This document shows, one piece after another, positions 18,863-29,634 of a stretch of 64,000 nucleotides of DNA. Positions within the stretch are counted from its first letter, which is position 1. Each line of letters begins with the position of its first letter. The notes under the pieces were generated by a model. That model was not told the DNA's origin, ran no database searches, and saw only the letters and a program-made list of their open reading frames with translations. This DNA is from Enterobacteria phage RB33: the sequence record KM607001, one strand, 5' to 3'. Both the position numbers and the translations under genes were made by a program.

Positions 18863-19045
18863 TTATCCTCGGCAATCCACTTCGCACACTTTCTTGTCAT
18901 CAATGAAAGCTTTAACTAATGCTTTATTAACTTCAGCATACTGAGTAGTAGCCCATTGAACGTCATCTTTCATCATTGTGGTTTCTTTAGTAAACATGCT
19001 TTCATTCTTAAACCACCCCATAAAAACTACCTTTACCAATTCCAT
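18863..19045 (-). CDS. dmd: Dmd-like antitoxin (inhibitor of RnlA/LsoA), 60 aa
   Basis: 60-aa ORF next to gene 41; sequence recalled as Dmd-like. Confidence 0.65.
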   Translation of the reverse strand: MELVKVVFMGWFKNESMFTKETTMMKDDVQWATTQYAEVNKALVKAFIDDKKVCEVDCRG

Positions 19046-19074
19046 AACAATCTCCTCATTTAACCAACAAGACT

Positions 19075-19104
19075 ACTATACCATAGTCTCGTCAGCTTGT
19101 AAAC
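19075..19104 (-). promoter_or_regulatory. T4-type early promoter upstream of dmd
   Basis: minus strand GTTTACaagctgacgagactatggTATAGT. Confidence 0.55.
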
Positions 19105-20531
19105 TAAAATTTTAATTCATTTGCCAAAGCATCTAACTGAGCTCGAGTCGATTCGTTTCTTTGATAGCGATTCTGTTCAGCCTGAATCTGCTGTGAACCT
19201 GCTACCTCACTCACTTCACTTGGAGTAGAATCTTGTTCAATTTCTACCCATTTCTGATTTCCTTTTTGAACACCCATCAAAAACTTATTCCATTTGTTCT
19301 TATCACCATATCGTGATTTGATTTGCTTAATAAGTTGTTGTTCAGCAGCTGCTAACTCCTCGGTTTCAATGACCGCAAGCATAAAATCAGCTGTTGCTGG
19401 AAGACCGGCAGATTCTGCGATATCGCTCATGTTAACATCAGAAGAATCCCAAGCTTGTTTACCAACCTGTGCTGCAGTCCAAAGAACAGTTTCGGTTTCA
19501 ACAGCCAGAGCACGCAATTCCTCTGCAATAGCTTTAACAGTTGTGTAACTATTTTCTGAATAAACCCGGATGCGACAAGATTTACAAATACCTAGATAGT
19601 CGACAATAATGATTGTTGGAACAAAATTCTTCTTGAGCTTCAATTCGTTTAAAAGTGATCGAAATGTATTAGCGTCTGCTCCACCAGTAGGATACTGTTT
19701 AACGATTAAACGACCGAGAGTAGATTTCTCACGCCATTTTTCCATTTTTCCTTTATACTCAGCGTAAGAAATATGCCCATCATCAATGTCATCAAGAGAA
19801 ACATCAAGCATATTAGCATCAATACGCTTAGCGCAGACTTCTTCTGCCATTTCCATGGAAATGTAAAGAACATTATGTCCGAGCTGTAAATAATCTGCCG
19901 CCAATGAACACAGACCTAATGATTTACCAACGTTAACGCCAGCCATTAAAACGTTCAGTGTTCCAGTTTCAGCTCCGCCTTTCGTAATTTTGTTTAGAAT
20001 TCTGAGTTTAAATGGAACCTTACGAGCTTTATTCATATAAGATAGCCAACGTGCTTCGTAGTCATCCATCCAATCATGACCAACGTAACTATCAAATGAA
20101 ATTGATAATGCCTGGCGCATGATGTCAGGAATAGCACCTACATCTGGCATTTTCTTATTTCGTTTTTCCGGAGGAAGTTCAGCATTAGTTTGAATTTCGA
20201 TTATTTTAGACGTAGCATTAAACATCGCCCTTTGCTGAACATATTTTTCTGTTTCTTTTACTAACCAGCTGTGGTCTTCCGGAGAATCAGCCAGTTTTGA
20301 AATAAGTGTTTTTACACCAGAATATTCTGTTTCAGTAAATGAACTATTTTCTAATGCAACATTTAACGCATTAATAGATGGAACGCTATGATACTCATTG
20401 ACATGAGATTTAATTAATTTGAATGTATTTTTAGCTGGACCACTTTCAAAATATTCTGAATCCATATATGGCCAAACTTTTGAAAAATAAGCTTGATCAA
20501 ATATGAGATGAGAAAGAATAATTTCTACCAC
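19104..20531 (-). CDS. 41: replicative DNA helicase gp41 (DnaB-like), 475 aa
   Basis: Walker A GVNVGKS; 475 aa as T4 gp41. Confidence 0.9.
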   Translation of the reverse strand: MVEIILSHLIFDQAYFSKVWPYMDSEYFESGPAKNTFKLIKSHVNEYHSVPSINALNVALENSSFTETEYSGVKTLISKLADSPEDHSWLVKETEKYVQQRAMFNATSKIIEIQTNAELPPEKRNKKMPDVGAIPDIMRQALSISFDSYVGHDWMDDYEARWLSYMNKARKVPFKLRILNKITKGGAETGTLNVLMAGVNVGKSLGLCSLAADYLQLGHNVLYISMEMAEEVCAKRIDANMLDVSLDDIDDGHISYAEYKGKMEKWREKSTLGRLIVKQYPTGGADANTFRSLLNELKLKKNFVPTIIIVDYLGICKSCRIRVYSENSYTTVKAIAEELRALAVETETVLWTAAQVGKQAWDSSDVNMSDIAESAGLPATADFMLAVIETEELAAAEQQLIKQIKSRYGDKNKWNKFLMGVQKGNQKWVEIEQDSTPSEVSEVAGSQQIQAEQNRYQRNESTRAQLDALANELKF

Positions 20532-20540
20532 ACTTACTCC

Positions 20541-20885
20541 TTAAAAGAATTTAAATTTTTTCTTTGACCTTTTATTAAATGCATCTTGTAGTTGCATTGT
20601 AATACATTTTTCTACATGAGGAGCTAACTCAGCTTTTCTTTCTTGGTCAAGAACAGCAAAGTCCATTACAACCTTTCCATCAACCCAATCTAATTTTGTC
20701 ACATACACAATGTGTGTAGAACCATCTTCTAGTTTAATGACAATCTCCTGGATAACATTTTCCATGGCAGATTTAATTATCTTAAGAGACTCATTAAAAA
20801 GACGCTCTTTTCTTTCTTCTTCCCCCTCCGAAGAGGGGGATTCATCGATAATTTCTAGATCTAAATCTAAATCATCTTTATTCAT
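20541..20885 (-). CDS. 40: gp40-like protein, ~114 aa
   Basis: position between uvsX and 41; start moved to MNKDDLDL. Confidence 0.6.
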   Translation of the reverse strand: MNKDDLDLDLEIIDESPSSEGEEERKERLFNESLKIIKSAMENVIQEIVIKLEDGSTHIVYVTKLDWVDGKVVMDFAVLDQERKAELAPHVEKCITMQLQDAFNKRSKKKFKFF

Positions 20886-22059
20886 TAAATTCTTCCATAT
20901 CACTTAACTGCTCGAGGTCAGTTTCTAAATCAGCTGCTGATTTACTTTTACTTTCTGGAGATTTAAATTTTTCAACCTTTGAGTTAATCAATTCATCAAC
21001 TTCAGCTTCAACAATTTCATTACTATCAATAGCACCTAACTGATAAGCGCGTTTAATAGCATCTCGGAATGGTTGATGCTTAAATAAAGGACCCCAGAAT
21101 GTAGTGCAGTTGGTATCTTTTGCACGCCAAGATTTTTCTTCGCGAATCATCTCGCCGGTTTCTTCGTCAAGAAATTCACGAGCATACCAGCCATTTTTAG
21201 GTTTTACTACAAATCCTAATTCTAGAGCCATATCTAACAATCCAGAATAAGGATCGATACCACCGTCAAATTTAACATCAATAAAGAATTTACTTTTTTC
21301 TTTAACGGTACGAGATTTTTCTACATTTAGAACAAATTGATACCCTTGAAGATCAGAACCATCTTTAATCTGACGTTTACCGATAATGAATACAGTATCA
21401 GCCGAATACATTACGCCTGTACCACCTGTCATCACGGTTTTACTAAACATTTCAATTGTTTCAATTGTATGGTTAACCGCAACGCATGGAATATTTTTAA
21501 TGCTAAAATAAGGAGTAACAATACGGAATAATGACTTCAGTGATTTAGCACGAGTCATATCTGCCACAGATTTTTCATTCAAGGCATCTTCCGTTTCTTT
21601 CTTAGAAGCCATATTACCGATTGAGTCGATGAATACAATAACCTTTTCACCACGCTCAATAGCTTCAAGCTGGTTCACCATATCAATTTTCAGTTGTTCA
21701 ACTGACTGAATTGGCGTATGAATTACACGTTCCGGGTCAACTCCCATGGATCGCAAATAAGCTGGAGTAATACCAAATTCGCTATCATAGAATAGACAAA
21801 CCGCGTCAGGATATTTGTTCAAATATGCCGCAACCATAGTCAAAGACATATTTGATTTAAAGTGTTTAGAAGGCCCTGCAAAAATAGTTAAACCAGATTG
21901 CATACCGCCATCAATCGCACCAGAAATAGCAATATTAAGCATTGGGATTTTTGTACGGATTACATCCTTTTCATTAAAGAATTTAGATGTAGTCAGTTCA
22001 GCAGTCATTTTAGAAGTGGAAGCTTTAATCAAACGGGATTTTAAATCTGCAATAGACAT
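20878..22059 (-). CDS. uvsX: UvsX recombinase (RecA/Rad51 family)
   Basis: 393-aa ORF recalled as highly similar to T4 UvsX along its length. Confidence 0.95.
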   Translation of the reverse strand: MSIADLKSRLIKASTSKMTAELTTSKFFNEKDVIRTKIPMLNIAISGAIDGGMQSGLTIFAGPSKHFKSNMSLTMVAAYLNKYPDAVCLFYDSEFGITPAYLRSMGVDPERVIHTPIQSVEQLKIDMVNQLEAIERGEKVIVFIDSIGNMASKKETEDALNEKSVADMTRAKSLKSLFRIVTPYFSIKNIPCVAVNHTIETIEMFSKTVMTGGTGVMYSADTVFIIGKRQIKDGSDLQGYQFVLNVEKSRTVKEKSKFFIDVKFDGGIDPYSGLLDMALELGFVVKPKNGWYAREFLDEETGEMIREEKSWRAKDTNCTTFWGPLFKHQPFRDAIKRAYQLGAIDSNEIVEAEVDELINSKVEKFKSPESKSKSAADLETDLEQLSDMEEFNE

Positions 22060-22137
22060 TCATTTTTTTCCATAGGCATCATTATATTTTCCTCACTGGT
22101 TAAAGATAGAGTAATTATAACACAATAAATTTAGGCA

Positions 22138-22986
22138 TTAATCAACTACTATTGGATGAATAGCATTAAACTTATGAAATGCTTCTGATTTTTCTTTACG
22201 CGAAACACACATGCGAAGAACCTTTAATGGCTCGTCTTCTTCACCCAACGATTTTCGTTTTTCAATATTCGATGTTTTCCAACGAGCTTGCTCTGGAAAC
22301 TCTCTATTGATTTGCTCAAGCGCTCTATTATGTTTAGAATTACTACGAATTGAACTGCACCCGCCAGGAGCTTGTGCTTTTCCAGATACAACTAGATATT
22401 TGAACAAGGCCAAATGCGGATAACCTTGATTAATTAAATTGAGAAATGCATACATATCTTCACATAAATCAATTTTTCCATACCCAATTTGTTCTGTCGT
22501 AAGTTTTCCGAGGTCATACCATGTATTCGTGAATCCATATGAGTTTTCACGATAATTACCCCAAGATGAAGTAATTTTAAAAATTGGTAGACGAGCATGA
22601 CCGTGATAATACCCGCAATCCATGGCATCTTCAACATATTGAATCAATTCATAGAACTGTTCACGGGTTAATTGATTGACTTTATCTACACAGCGACGAT
22701 CATCTCTTTTTCGCATTGAACTCATACGAATAGTAGTATCATCGTCAATCATCCAGATTCGTTGACCTGCATACATATCAGTAATTGCTTTACGAGTACC
22801 GGCAATTCCATTAACATCATCAGGAATAGTTACAATTTTAGCTTTAGACCCATAGGCATCATAATAAGCTTTTTCTTCATGTTCACGCACTACAATATGG
22901 GGTTCATAATCAGTCGGAAACATATCAAGGGCAGAAACTGCCCCTACACGTTGATAGCTCGGAATTACGAATTGAATCATTTCCAC
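22138..22986 (-). CDS. GT-A-type glycosyltransferase, likely DNA glucosyl-HMC glucosyltransferase (T2/T6 beta-alpha-gt type)
   Basis: 282 aa; FVIPSYQR and IDDDTT (DxD) motifs; occupies the T4 beta-gt position between 42 and uvsX. Confidence 0.55.
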   Translation of the reverse strand: MEMIQFVIPSYQRVGAVSALDMFPTDYEPHIVVREHEEKAYYDAYGSKAKIVTIPDDVNGIAGTRKAITDMYAGQRIWMIDDDTTIRMSSMRKRDDRRCVDKVNQLTREQFYELIQYVEDAMDCGYYHGHARLPIFKITSSWGNYRENSYGFTNTWYDLGKLTTEQIGYGKIDLCEDMYAFLNLINQGYPHLALFKYLVVSGKAQAPGGCSSIRSNSKHNRALEQINREFPEQARWKTSNIEKRKSLGEEDEPLKVLRMCVSRKEKSEAFHKFNAIHPIVVD

Positions 22987-23717
22987 TCACCGTTATAATC
23001 TTTTTTCACAATATGAGTTTCGCCAGTATTCCACCAATGATCAACCAAGTAAAAATGACGAGAATATACATGAAGACTTCCAACATTCCATATAATAGAA
23101 CCTGCTTTATACTGACGAGTTGAATCGCCTGCATTCAAATCAGATACTAATTTATCTAATACGTATTTTTGCCATGCATAATCATTACGGAATCCGAAGA
23201 CCACGTCATTTGAGCGCATGTTAACAACCGCATTGATTTTCTTGTCACGAATCAGATACTGTACGGTATTCGTACACATGAAATCTGACATGCCATCTTT
23301 ATTGTAGTCAAACTGCATAGATGGACGAGTATAAATCATGATACCACGTCGAGAATCAGGATTTTGACCAAGTTCAGCTAAACACATGTCATATTGAGCA
23401 TAGTTATCTTCTGACCAGATAGCCCAACCATAATTCGAGTTAATTTCACCTTTAGAAGATGCTACCTGCTGCCAAATCTTCGGTGTTTCACCTGGAATAT
23501 CTTTAACAAACAGACTTTGAGACTTATACCATTCAAGTTCACGCTGAATGTATTCATCATTAAGAGCGCCAAAAATAAACGGTTCATCTGCTACAAATGA
23601 TGCGCCAATAATTTCAATAGTTTTAACACCAGTTTTATCAATTACGAAATCTTTTTCCTTTAATGCAATTCCCAAATGAAGACGGATTTCTTCAACTGTC
23701 AAAGAGTCATTAATCAT
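22977..23717 (-). CDS. 42: dCMP hydroxymethylase gp42, 246 aa
   Basis: thymidylate-synthase-like fold protein, 246 aa as T4 gp42. Confidence 0.85.
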   Translation of the reverse strand: MINDSLTVEEIRLHLGIALKEKDFVIDKTGVKTIEIIGASFVADEPFIFGALNDEYIQRELEWYKSQSLFVKDIPGETPKIWQQVASSKGEINSNYGWAIWSEDNYAQYDMCLAELGQNPDSRRGIMIYTRPSMQFDYNKDGMSDFMCTNTVQYLIRDKKINAVVNMRSNDVVFGFRNDYAWQKYVLDKLVSDLNAGDSTRQYKAGSIIWNVGSLHVYSRHFYLVDHWWNTGETHIVKKDYNGEWK

Positions 23718-23870
23718 TTAAACCTCAATTGATACATTCATATTTAAATTGTAACAGTAATAAACCCCACCCTATGATAAGAGTTGGAATCATAGCAGGA
23801 ACTGTTACGCTATAGTATATACTTATTATAACCATCAAGATTAAAAGCAATGCTGTTATAATTTTGCTTT

Positions 23871-24122
23871 TCATTCCTTCTCTCTGATGATAATTACCTG
23901 ATTTGGCTGCGCAGACTTTTTAGTTTCACCTGCAATTGACCAAATAAATGTAATAAACCAACCAATAATTGACCAGTTAAACAGTAAAGATGTGAAAAAG
24001 ATTCCTACTGTCGATTTTGACCCACGCATCAAGGCGATAAACCATGGAAGCATGTATATAATAATAGCCAACACGCCTGAAACTAAAACCATAAAAATTG
24101 AACCTGCTACTAAAGTTTCCAT
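23871..24122 (-). CDS. imm: Imm superinfection immunity membrane protein, 83 aa
   Basis: 83-aa two-TM protein between 42 and 43. Confidence 0.75.
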   Translation of the reverse strand: METLVAGSIFMVLVSGVLAIIIYMLPWFIALMRGSKSTVGIFFTSLLFNWSIIGWFITFIWSIAGETKKSAQPNQVIIIREKE

Positions 24123-24129
24123 GTTTTCC

Positions 24130-24522
24130 TCACTTAGTCAAATTTTTTACACATGAATTATAAGAATTCACTACATACTCCATCGGAGCATTTTTACCTG
24201 TACGCCATTGGTAATTATTAGCCCAATTTGCCCAAAGTTCTGCGCAGTAGTTTTCAATTTTTTCTTCGCGTGTAATTACATCCGAATTACGATATGCTTG
24301 AGCAGATTCATCTGGACGAATAGCTTCGTCAAAATTCGCCTGCATTTGTTCTACTGTTTGCTTTGAAGCTTCTTTATAACACTTGACATTAGGATTATAA
24401 AATTTGCTTGAACAGTTTACAATTTTTCCTGCATCAGACTGATTTACTACCGGTCCTTGAGCTACACAACCAGTAAGACCTAATGCAATAACCAAAATAG
24501 CGATTTTCATTTCATTCTCCAA
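24130..24522 (-). CDS. putative lipoprotein (imm.1 position)
   Basis: signal peptide with lipobox LTGC. Confidence 0.55.
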   Translation of the reverse strand: MENEMKIAILVIALGLTGCVAQGPVVNQSDAGKIVNCSSKFYNPNVKCYKEASKQTVEQMQANFDEAIRPDESAQAYRNSDVITREEKIENYCAELWANWANNYQWRTGKNAPMEYVVNSYNSCVKNLTK

Positions 24523-24544
24523 ATCCGTATTAGTTGATAGTTGT

Positions 24545-24574
24545 ATAGTACCATGGAAGAACAGTCTTGTAAAC
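24545..24574 (-). promoter_or_regulatory. T4-type early promoter (GTTTAC-18 bp-TACTAT)
   Basis: member of a conserved ~60-bp early promoter module. Confidence 0.5.
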
Positions 24575-24661
24575 AGTTTTGTGAAAAATTTTTAGGGAAT
24601 CCAAAGGGTCCAGAATCATCTGTTTTTCATAAGTATAGATTTATATTACTTGTATGAAAAA

Positions 24662-24677
24662 GGGACCTGGAGGTCCC
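24662..24677 (-). terminator. GC hairpin GGGACC-TGGA-GGTCCC
   Basis: between imm.1-position gene and gene 43. Confidence 0.45.
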
Positions 24678-24690
24678 TAGATTTATTCTA

Positions 24691-27387
24691 TCAGCCAAAC
24701 AGGAAGTCTAACGAAGCTTTTTCTTCATAGTCCATGCCAGCCGATTCACACATACCCGCAAGCGGTTTAACAAACGATTTTTGGAACAAAGTTGAGTGGT
24801 CAATCCAAGATAGTACGTCAGAACGAATTTCTTTTGGAAGTTCTGTACCCGATGGCCAAGCAATGCACTTGTCACCAAATGGATTTCCTTCACGTAATGG
24901 AAGAACCATTACTTTATTTCCATCCAAAATTGGAGCTACACCCAGACCACTAACAGCTCGACGATAAGTTAGCACACCGCGAATATGGAACGGGCATTTA
25001 AATCCTGGCCAACCTTTATCATCATATTTCGCTATATCGTTCGCAGTTTTTACTTCAGCAATAACTTTATAGTCGAGTTGACGATATTCTTTCTCGAAGT
25101 TCTTGTAATATTCTTGGACAGACTCTTCGCCTTCCTGAAGAATACGACGAATACTTTCTTCGAGAGCTTCTTGCACTGCTTTTGGTGTTGAACTCTGCTG
25201 AGTTTCCATACCCATAATTTTTAGATGCGGTTCAGCAAATCGTTTATCTTCCATATCATAAACGTTCAGAGCATAACGCTTTTTCGCTTTCCAAAATCCA
25301 CCAACGCCCTTTGAACCAAGTGGAGGACAAGAAATAGCTTCACGGTCCATATGCATCAGATGCTCGCGGTTATTCATATAATCGCATAACTCACGATATG
25401 CAACATCAATCATAGGTTCCATCTTTTTCTTACCGAACTGATTCATAAATTCAACCAAATCGTTCTGCTCTTTGAATCGGTCAAGACCAACTTTTTCAAT
25501 AACTTTATCTACACAAACATATACCGAATCAGTATCACCTGCTGCGATGAAATCTTCATCATTAGTTCCGCATACTTTATTCAGATATTCATTAATTTTA
25601 CGAGCAATCCACTGAATACCGACTTGGCCAAAAATTGTGATAGCAGTAGCATTTCGCAAATCATAGTAACGGAAATGAATATTACCAAGAGCACCATAAA
25701 GACTGTTAATAAGAATTTTACGGTTCAGCTGATTTGTATTAGCAAGTGTAGCAGCTTTTTCACATTCCTCAATCAGACTATTGAGAACAGATTCAGTATA
25801 ATTCGACAGTTCATTTAAGAAATCATCATTGAACTTAACATATCGTTCAACTTCTGGTTTAGTTGAACAGGACCCTGCGCCTTTCATAATAATCTTTTTA
25901 ATAGCTTCGGCATTCATTTCTTCAGCGAACATTTTCTTTTTCCAGTCTTTACGCTGGAAAAATACTTTAGCGATTTCCTTTGGAATGATACCTTCTTGAT
26001 GCTTATCATACATCCATCCATTCGGAGAACAAGAATATTCATCACTCGGTTTAGGAGCTGTTCCTGCGATATATTCATGAATTGGATGAACTTTAAACTG
26101 CCCACGAATAGTCTCAGGACTAATGTTAACCTGACGAATAATGCTCGGATACAGAGACGTCAAGTCAAAACTCATAATATATCGACGAGCAATTGGTTTA
26201 GGTTCAAATACAAATGCACCCGGAAAACTTTGTTTAACGTGTGAACCTTGTTGAGGAATAACCTTATGTTCACCTTTCAATGAGTTAAAAATAATAGCAT
26301 CCCAAGTTTTAATAGGACTCATTACACCGGAAAAAGGCATTTTAGCGTAATAAGACATACTTAAAACTAGATCAATAAACCCACGAATTTTATCAATTGC
26401 TTGAACTGATTCTACGTCAATGATGTTATAACTAATGTATCGTTGATGATTAGTCTCACGAAGTTTATTAATAGGACCGTCGTATGGTAATTTACCCTTT
26501 TTGGTTTCATGTTGAGCAACTGATTCCAAAGAGAATGACGGCAAATTAGTAAAAGCGAATTTCTTGTACAAATCTAAATAATCAAGAATAGATACGCCAT
26601 CAATAGAATAAATTTCTTTGCTACCGTACATATTTTGAATTAGTTTAGATTTTACTCGACCGATTGGAGAGAAGCGTTTCATACTACGTTCACCGAGAAC
26701 CATTTTAACGCGATTCATGATATACGGAACGTCAAATCCCTCAATATTCCAACCAGTAAAAATAGCAGGTCGTTTCTGTTCCCAGAGATTGATATATTCC
26801 ATGAGCATATCACGCTCATTATCGAATGGCATATAAATTACTCGGTCAAGAATTTCTTGAGGAACTTCATCACCACCTTCGCAGTCGAGCTTAGCAGCTA
26901 ACTTTGCATCCCATTTTGATACTGAACCGTACATTGAATTCAACAAATCAAAGACGTAAAAACGATCGTCAATTGAATCATAATGAGTGATAGCATCAAT
27001 TTCATATTCTGCTTTCATTGGGTCAGGAAATTTATCACCAGTAACCTCAATGTCGCAGTTAGCTACACGAACAAATTTTCGGTCATAAACAATTTCTGAA
27101 CCATATGTATCACTGATGTAAGCGAGTTTAAAATCGTTCATACCGAGAGCTTCGAGACCGATGTCTTCCATTCGCTTCATCCAGTCTCGCGCATCTTTCA
27201 TTGATGGAAATTTTTGAGGAGCGCAATTTTTACCATAAATGTCTTTGTATTTTGACTCTTCCTTACAATGTCTAAACATAGTTGGAAGATATTCTACTTC
27301 GCGAGTACGTTCCTTTCCATTTTCATCAATATAACGTTCAACAATATTATTTCCGACTGTTTCGATAGAGATATAAAATTCTTTCAT
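24691..27387 (-). CDS. 43: DNA polymerase gp43 (family B), 898 aa
   Basis: exo motifs FDIE/DxE, pol motifs DTDS and KILINSLYG; 898 aa as T4 gp43. Confidence 0.95.
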   Translation of the reverse strand: MKEFYISIETVGNNIVERYIDENGKERTREVEYLPTMFRHCKEESKYKDIYGKNCAPQKFPSMKDARDWMKRMEDIGLEALGMNDFKLAYISDTYGSEIVYDRKFVRVANCDIEVTGDKFPDPMKAEYEIDAITHYDSIDDRFYVFDLLNSMYGSVSKWDAKLAAKLDCEGGDEVPQEILDRVIYMPFDNERDMLMEYINLWEQKRPAIFTGWNIEGFDVPYIMNRVKMVLGERSMKRFSPIGRVKSKLIQNMYGSKEIYSIDGVSILDYLDLYKKFAFTNLPSFSLESVAQHETKKGKLPYDGPINKLRETNHQRYISYNIIDVESVQAIDKIRGFIDLVLSMSYYAKMPFSGVMSPIKTWDAIIFNSLKGEHKVIPQQGSHVKQSFPGAFVFEPKPIARRYIMSFDLTSLYPSIIRQVNISPETIRGQFKVHPIHEYIAGTAPKPSDEYSCSPNGWMYDKHQEGIIPKEIAKVFFQRKDWKKKMFAEEMNAEAIKKIIMKGAGSCSTKPEVERYVKFNDDFLNELSNYTESVLNSLIEECEKAATLANTNQLNRKILINSLYGALGNIHFRYYDLRNATAITIFGQVGIQWIARKINEYLNKVCGTNDEDFIAAGDTDSVYVCVDKVIEKVGLDRFKEQNDLVEFMNQFGKKKMEPMIDVAYRELCDYMNNREHLMHMDREAISCPPLGSKGVGGFWKAKKRYALNVYDMEDKRFAEPHLKIMGMETQQSSTPKAVQEALEESIRRILQEGEESVQEYYKNFEKEYRQLDYKVIAEVKTANDIAKYDDKGWPGFKCPFHIRGVLTYRRAVSGLGVAPILDGNKVMVLPLREGNPFGDKCIAWPSGTELPKEIRSDVLSWIDHSTLFQKSFVKPLAGMCESAGMDYEEKASLDFLFG

Positions 27388-27403
27388 AGATATTCCTTAG
27401 TTT

Positions 27404-27426
27404 ATAGCCCGAGTTATTAGGCTCTT
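27404..27426 (-). promoter_or_regulatory. hairpin upstream of the gene 43 SD, candidate gp43 translational operator
   Basis: minus-strand RNA GAGCCUAAUAACUCGGGCU just 5' of AAGGA-ATG of gene 43. Confidence 0.45.
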
Positions 27427-27447
27427 GATATATTATACTCCAAATAA

Positions 27448-27461
27448 GGGGCCGAAGCCCC
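27448..27461 (-). terminator. GGGGC-CGAA-GCCCC hairpin
   Basis: between 27466..27687 ORF and gene 43. Confidence 0.45.
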
Positions 27462-27465
27462 TTGC

Positions 27466-27687
27466 TTAAATTAATACCAGTTGTCGGTGAAAAATTGTCA
27501 ATCCATCTGCATTAATTGACTTAACGACTGCTGTAAAATGTTTTTGTTCTGGATGAACTAGTTTTTGAAATTCTACTTGAAATTTTAGTTGGAGGTTTTC
27601 TGGTAAATCAAAAAGTGTTTCTGTCGCAGAAAGATTATATTTTTCTTTAAGAGACGTCATGTATTCTTGTGGAGTTATAGCAGTCAT
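27466..27687 (-). CDS. hypothetical protein (~73 aa)
   Basis: ORF in track; start moved to MTAITPQEY. Confidence 0.45.
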   Translation of the reverse strand: MTAITPQEYMTSLKEKYNLSATETLFDLPENLQLKFQVEFQKLVHPEQKHFTAVVKSINADGLTIFHRQLVLI

Positions 27688-27688
27688 A

Positions 27689-28057
27689 TTAATTACCAAT
27701 CGTATATTTAGGAACGAGTTTCCATTCATGTTTTTGTTTAAAAGAAATAACTCGGAAGTTATTAGTTAAATCTTTCATAAAAGTTCTTTGACCAGGAACG
27801 ATTTCAATCAGTCCCCAATCTTCTAACAGCCATGCAATCGAATCACGACGAACTTCATCTTCTTCTGTCATTTCAACTTGGCGACCATCCATACGAAGCA
27901 TTTCTTTAAAATGAACGATATAGTATAGTCCTTTTTTCTGAAGAATATGACAGGACTGATACAGAACTTTATCTTTATTATTAGCAATTCCCATACGAGT
28001 CAAAGTTTCTTTTACTTTCAGAAAATCTTCAGGTTTTTTAAGAGTAATTTCAATCAT
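27689..28057 (-). CDS. regA: RegA translational repressor, 122 aa
   Basis: 122 aa, position between 62 and 43. Confidence 0.8.
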   Translation of the reverse strand: MIEITLKKPEDFLKVKETLTRMGIANNKDKVLYQSCHILQKKGLYYIVHFKEMLRMDGRQVEMTEEDEVRRDSIAWLLEDWGLIEIVPGQRTFMKDLTNNFRVISFKQKHEWKLVPKYTIGN

Positions 28058-28058
28058 T

Positions 28059-28622
28059 TTACCATTCCAATGCTAGTTTTTTGAGTTGTTTCTGTTCTTT
28101 TACGTTCTTAGTCACTTCTTTCAAAAAATCATCCGTGACTAAACCTTTTAGTTCTTTTAATACTAAAGGAAGTTTTCCATTTTTAGTAAGAATTGATTTA
28201 TAGTTAATTGCATCATTTGTATTAACTTGATACCGCTTAGCAAGTAACTTAATAATCAATACTTCGGTAGAATCTTCAACCAGTTTTGCCCATTTACCAT
28301 ATCTTTTACCCCGAGGAACAGCAGCCATCAGATAATTAAAATGGGCTTCATCACTTAAACCTGATCCAATTAAATTCATAGCATATACAGCTGGCATGCA
28401 TTCAGGAAATTGTGATAATGCATTCTCAACCATGTATTTTGAATAATCTTTTTGAGCAATAGAGCATTTAGTTTTATTATTAATAGCTCCAATTATTTCA
28501 AAAAATTCATTTTCAGCTTTTTCTTTAAAAGAATCAGCAGCGGATTGGACAGCTGTCCAATCTTTTGAATACCAAGCAACTTGATGCTCGTTTAATTGAA
28601 TATCATCTTCAAATAAGCTCAT
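28059..28622 (-). CDS. 62: clamp loader small subunit gp62, 187 aa
   Basis: size and position; start moved to MSLFEDD. Confidence 0.8.
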   Translation of the reverse strand: MSLFEDDIQLNEHQVAWYSKDWTAVQSAADSFKEKAENEFFEIIGAINNKTKCSIAQKDYSKYMVENALSQFPECMPAVYAMNLIGSGLSDEAHFNYLMAAVPRGKRYGKWAKLVEDSTEVLIIKLLAKRYQVNTNDAINYKSILTKNGKLPLVLKELKGLVTDDFLKEVTKNVKEQKQLKKLALEW

Positions 28623-28623
28623 A

Positions 28624-29583
28624 TCACTTCCACTGCATTTCACATGCCAATTGAATGAAAAGATATGCTAAATGCAATTCAGTATTAGCTGCAATACCAT
28701 GATACTGGTTATTTTCACCAACAATTTCATACATACGAATAATACTTTGCGGAGTTACGCGTGTATAGATTTCTTCGGCAAGTTTACCTACGAACCACGA
28801 ATAATCAGCTGCATATTTTGGTGCTAAAGCTCTGAGCTGTTTAACATCTTTATTTTTGAGAGACTCAAGAACATCATCAATAGCACCACGATCGTTAGTA
28901 ACCAGTGATAAAATACCAGCATCCAAAACACCTTTAGATGAATAACTATCGAGCTCGCCAATAGTTTTACGAAAATCAGGAAAATTCTTTTTAACCAAAG
29001 CTGCTACAACTTTCATATCAGCTATAGCAATTCCTTCACGCTTGCAGATTTCAGTCAATCGACGAATCATCTGCTTCATCATTTCAATTTTATCTTCATC
29101 GGTCGGTTGACCGAATGTAATAACTCGGGAGCGTGACTGAAGCGGTTTAATAATACCATCAATATTGTTAGCAGTAATAATAATACTACAGTTTGAGCTA
29201 TAAGCTTCCATAAAGGAACGAAGATGTCGCTGAGACTCTGCTAACCCTGAGCGGTCAAATTCATCAATAACGATTACTTTTTGACGACCATCAAATGAAG
29301 CGGCGCTGGCAAAATTAGTCAAAGGACCACGAACGAAATCAATTTTACAATCTGATCCATTCACAAACATCATATCAGCATTTACATCATGACACAATGC
29401 TTTTGCTACAGTTGTTTTACCTGTTCCTGGAGAAGGAGAATGAAGAATAATATGTGGAATCTTACCTTTACTTGTAATAGATTTAAAGGTTTCTTTATCA
29501 AAGGCGGGAAGAATACATTCATCGATAGTAGATGGACGATATTTCTGTTCAAGAATGTGTTCTTTTTCATTTACGGTAATCAT
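28624..29583 (-). CDS. 44: clamp loader large subunit gp44 (AAA+), 319 aa
   Basis: Walker [11 protein letters not shown], Walker B VIVIDEFD. Confidence 0.9.
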   Translation of the reverse strand: MITVNEKEHILEQKYRPSTIDECILPAFDKETFKSITSKGKIPHIILHSPSPGTGKTTVAKALCHDVNADMMFVNGSDCKIDFVRGPLTNFASAASFDGRQKVIVIDEFDRSGLAESQRHLRSFMEAYSSNCSIIITANNIDGIIKPLQSRSRVITFGQPTDEDKIEMMKQMIRRLTEICKREGIAIADMKVVAALVKKNFPDFRKTIGELDSYSSKGVLDAGILSLVTNDRGAIDDVLESLKNKDVKQLRALAPKYAADYSWFVGKLAEEIYTRVTPQSIIRMYEIVGENNQYHGIAANTELHLAYLFIQLACEMQWK

Positions 29584-29618
29584 AATTTCCTCATTCAAGT
29601 TTTAGTGTAAATTATAAA

Positions 29619-29634
29619 GGGCCGAAGCCCTTTA
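29619..29634 (-). terminator. GGGC-CGAA-GCCC hairpin between genes 45 and 44
   Basis: aaaGGGCCGAAGCCCttt. Confidence 0.45.
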
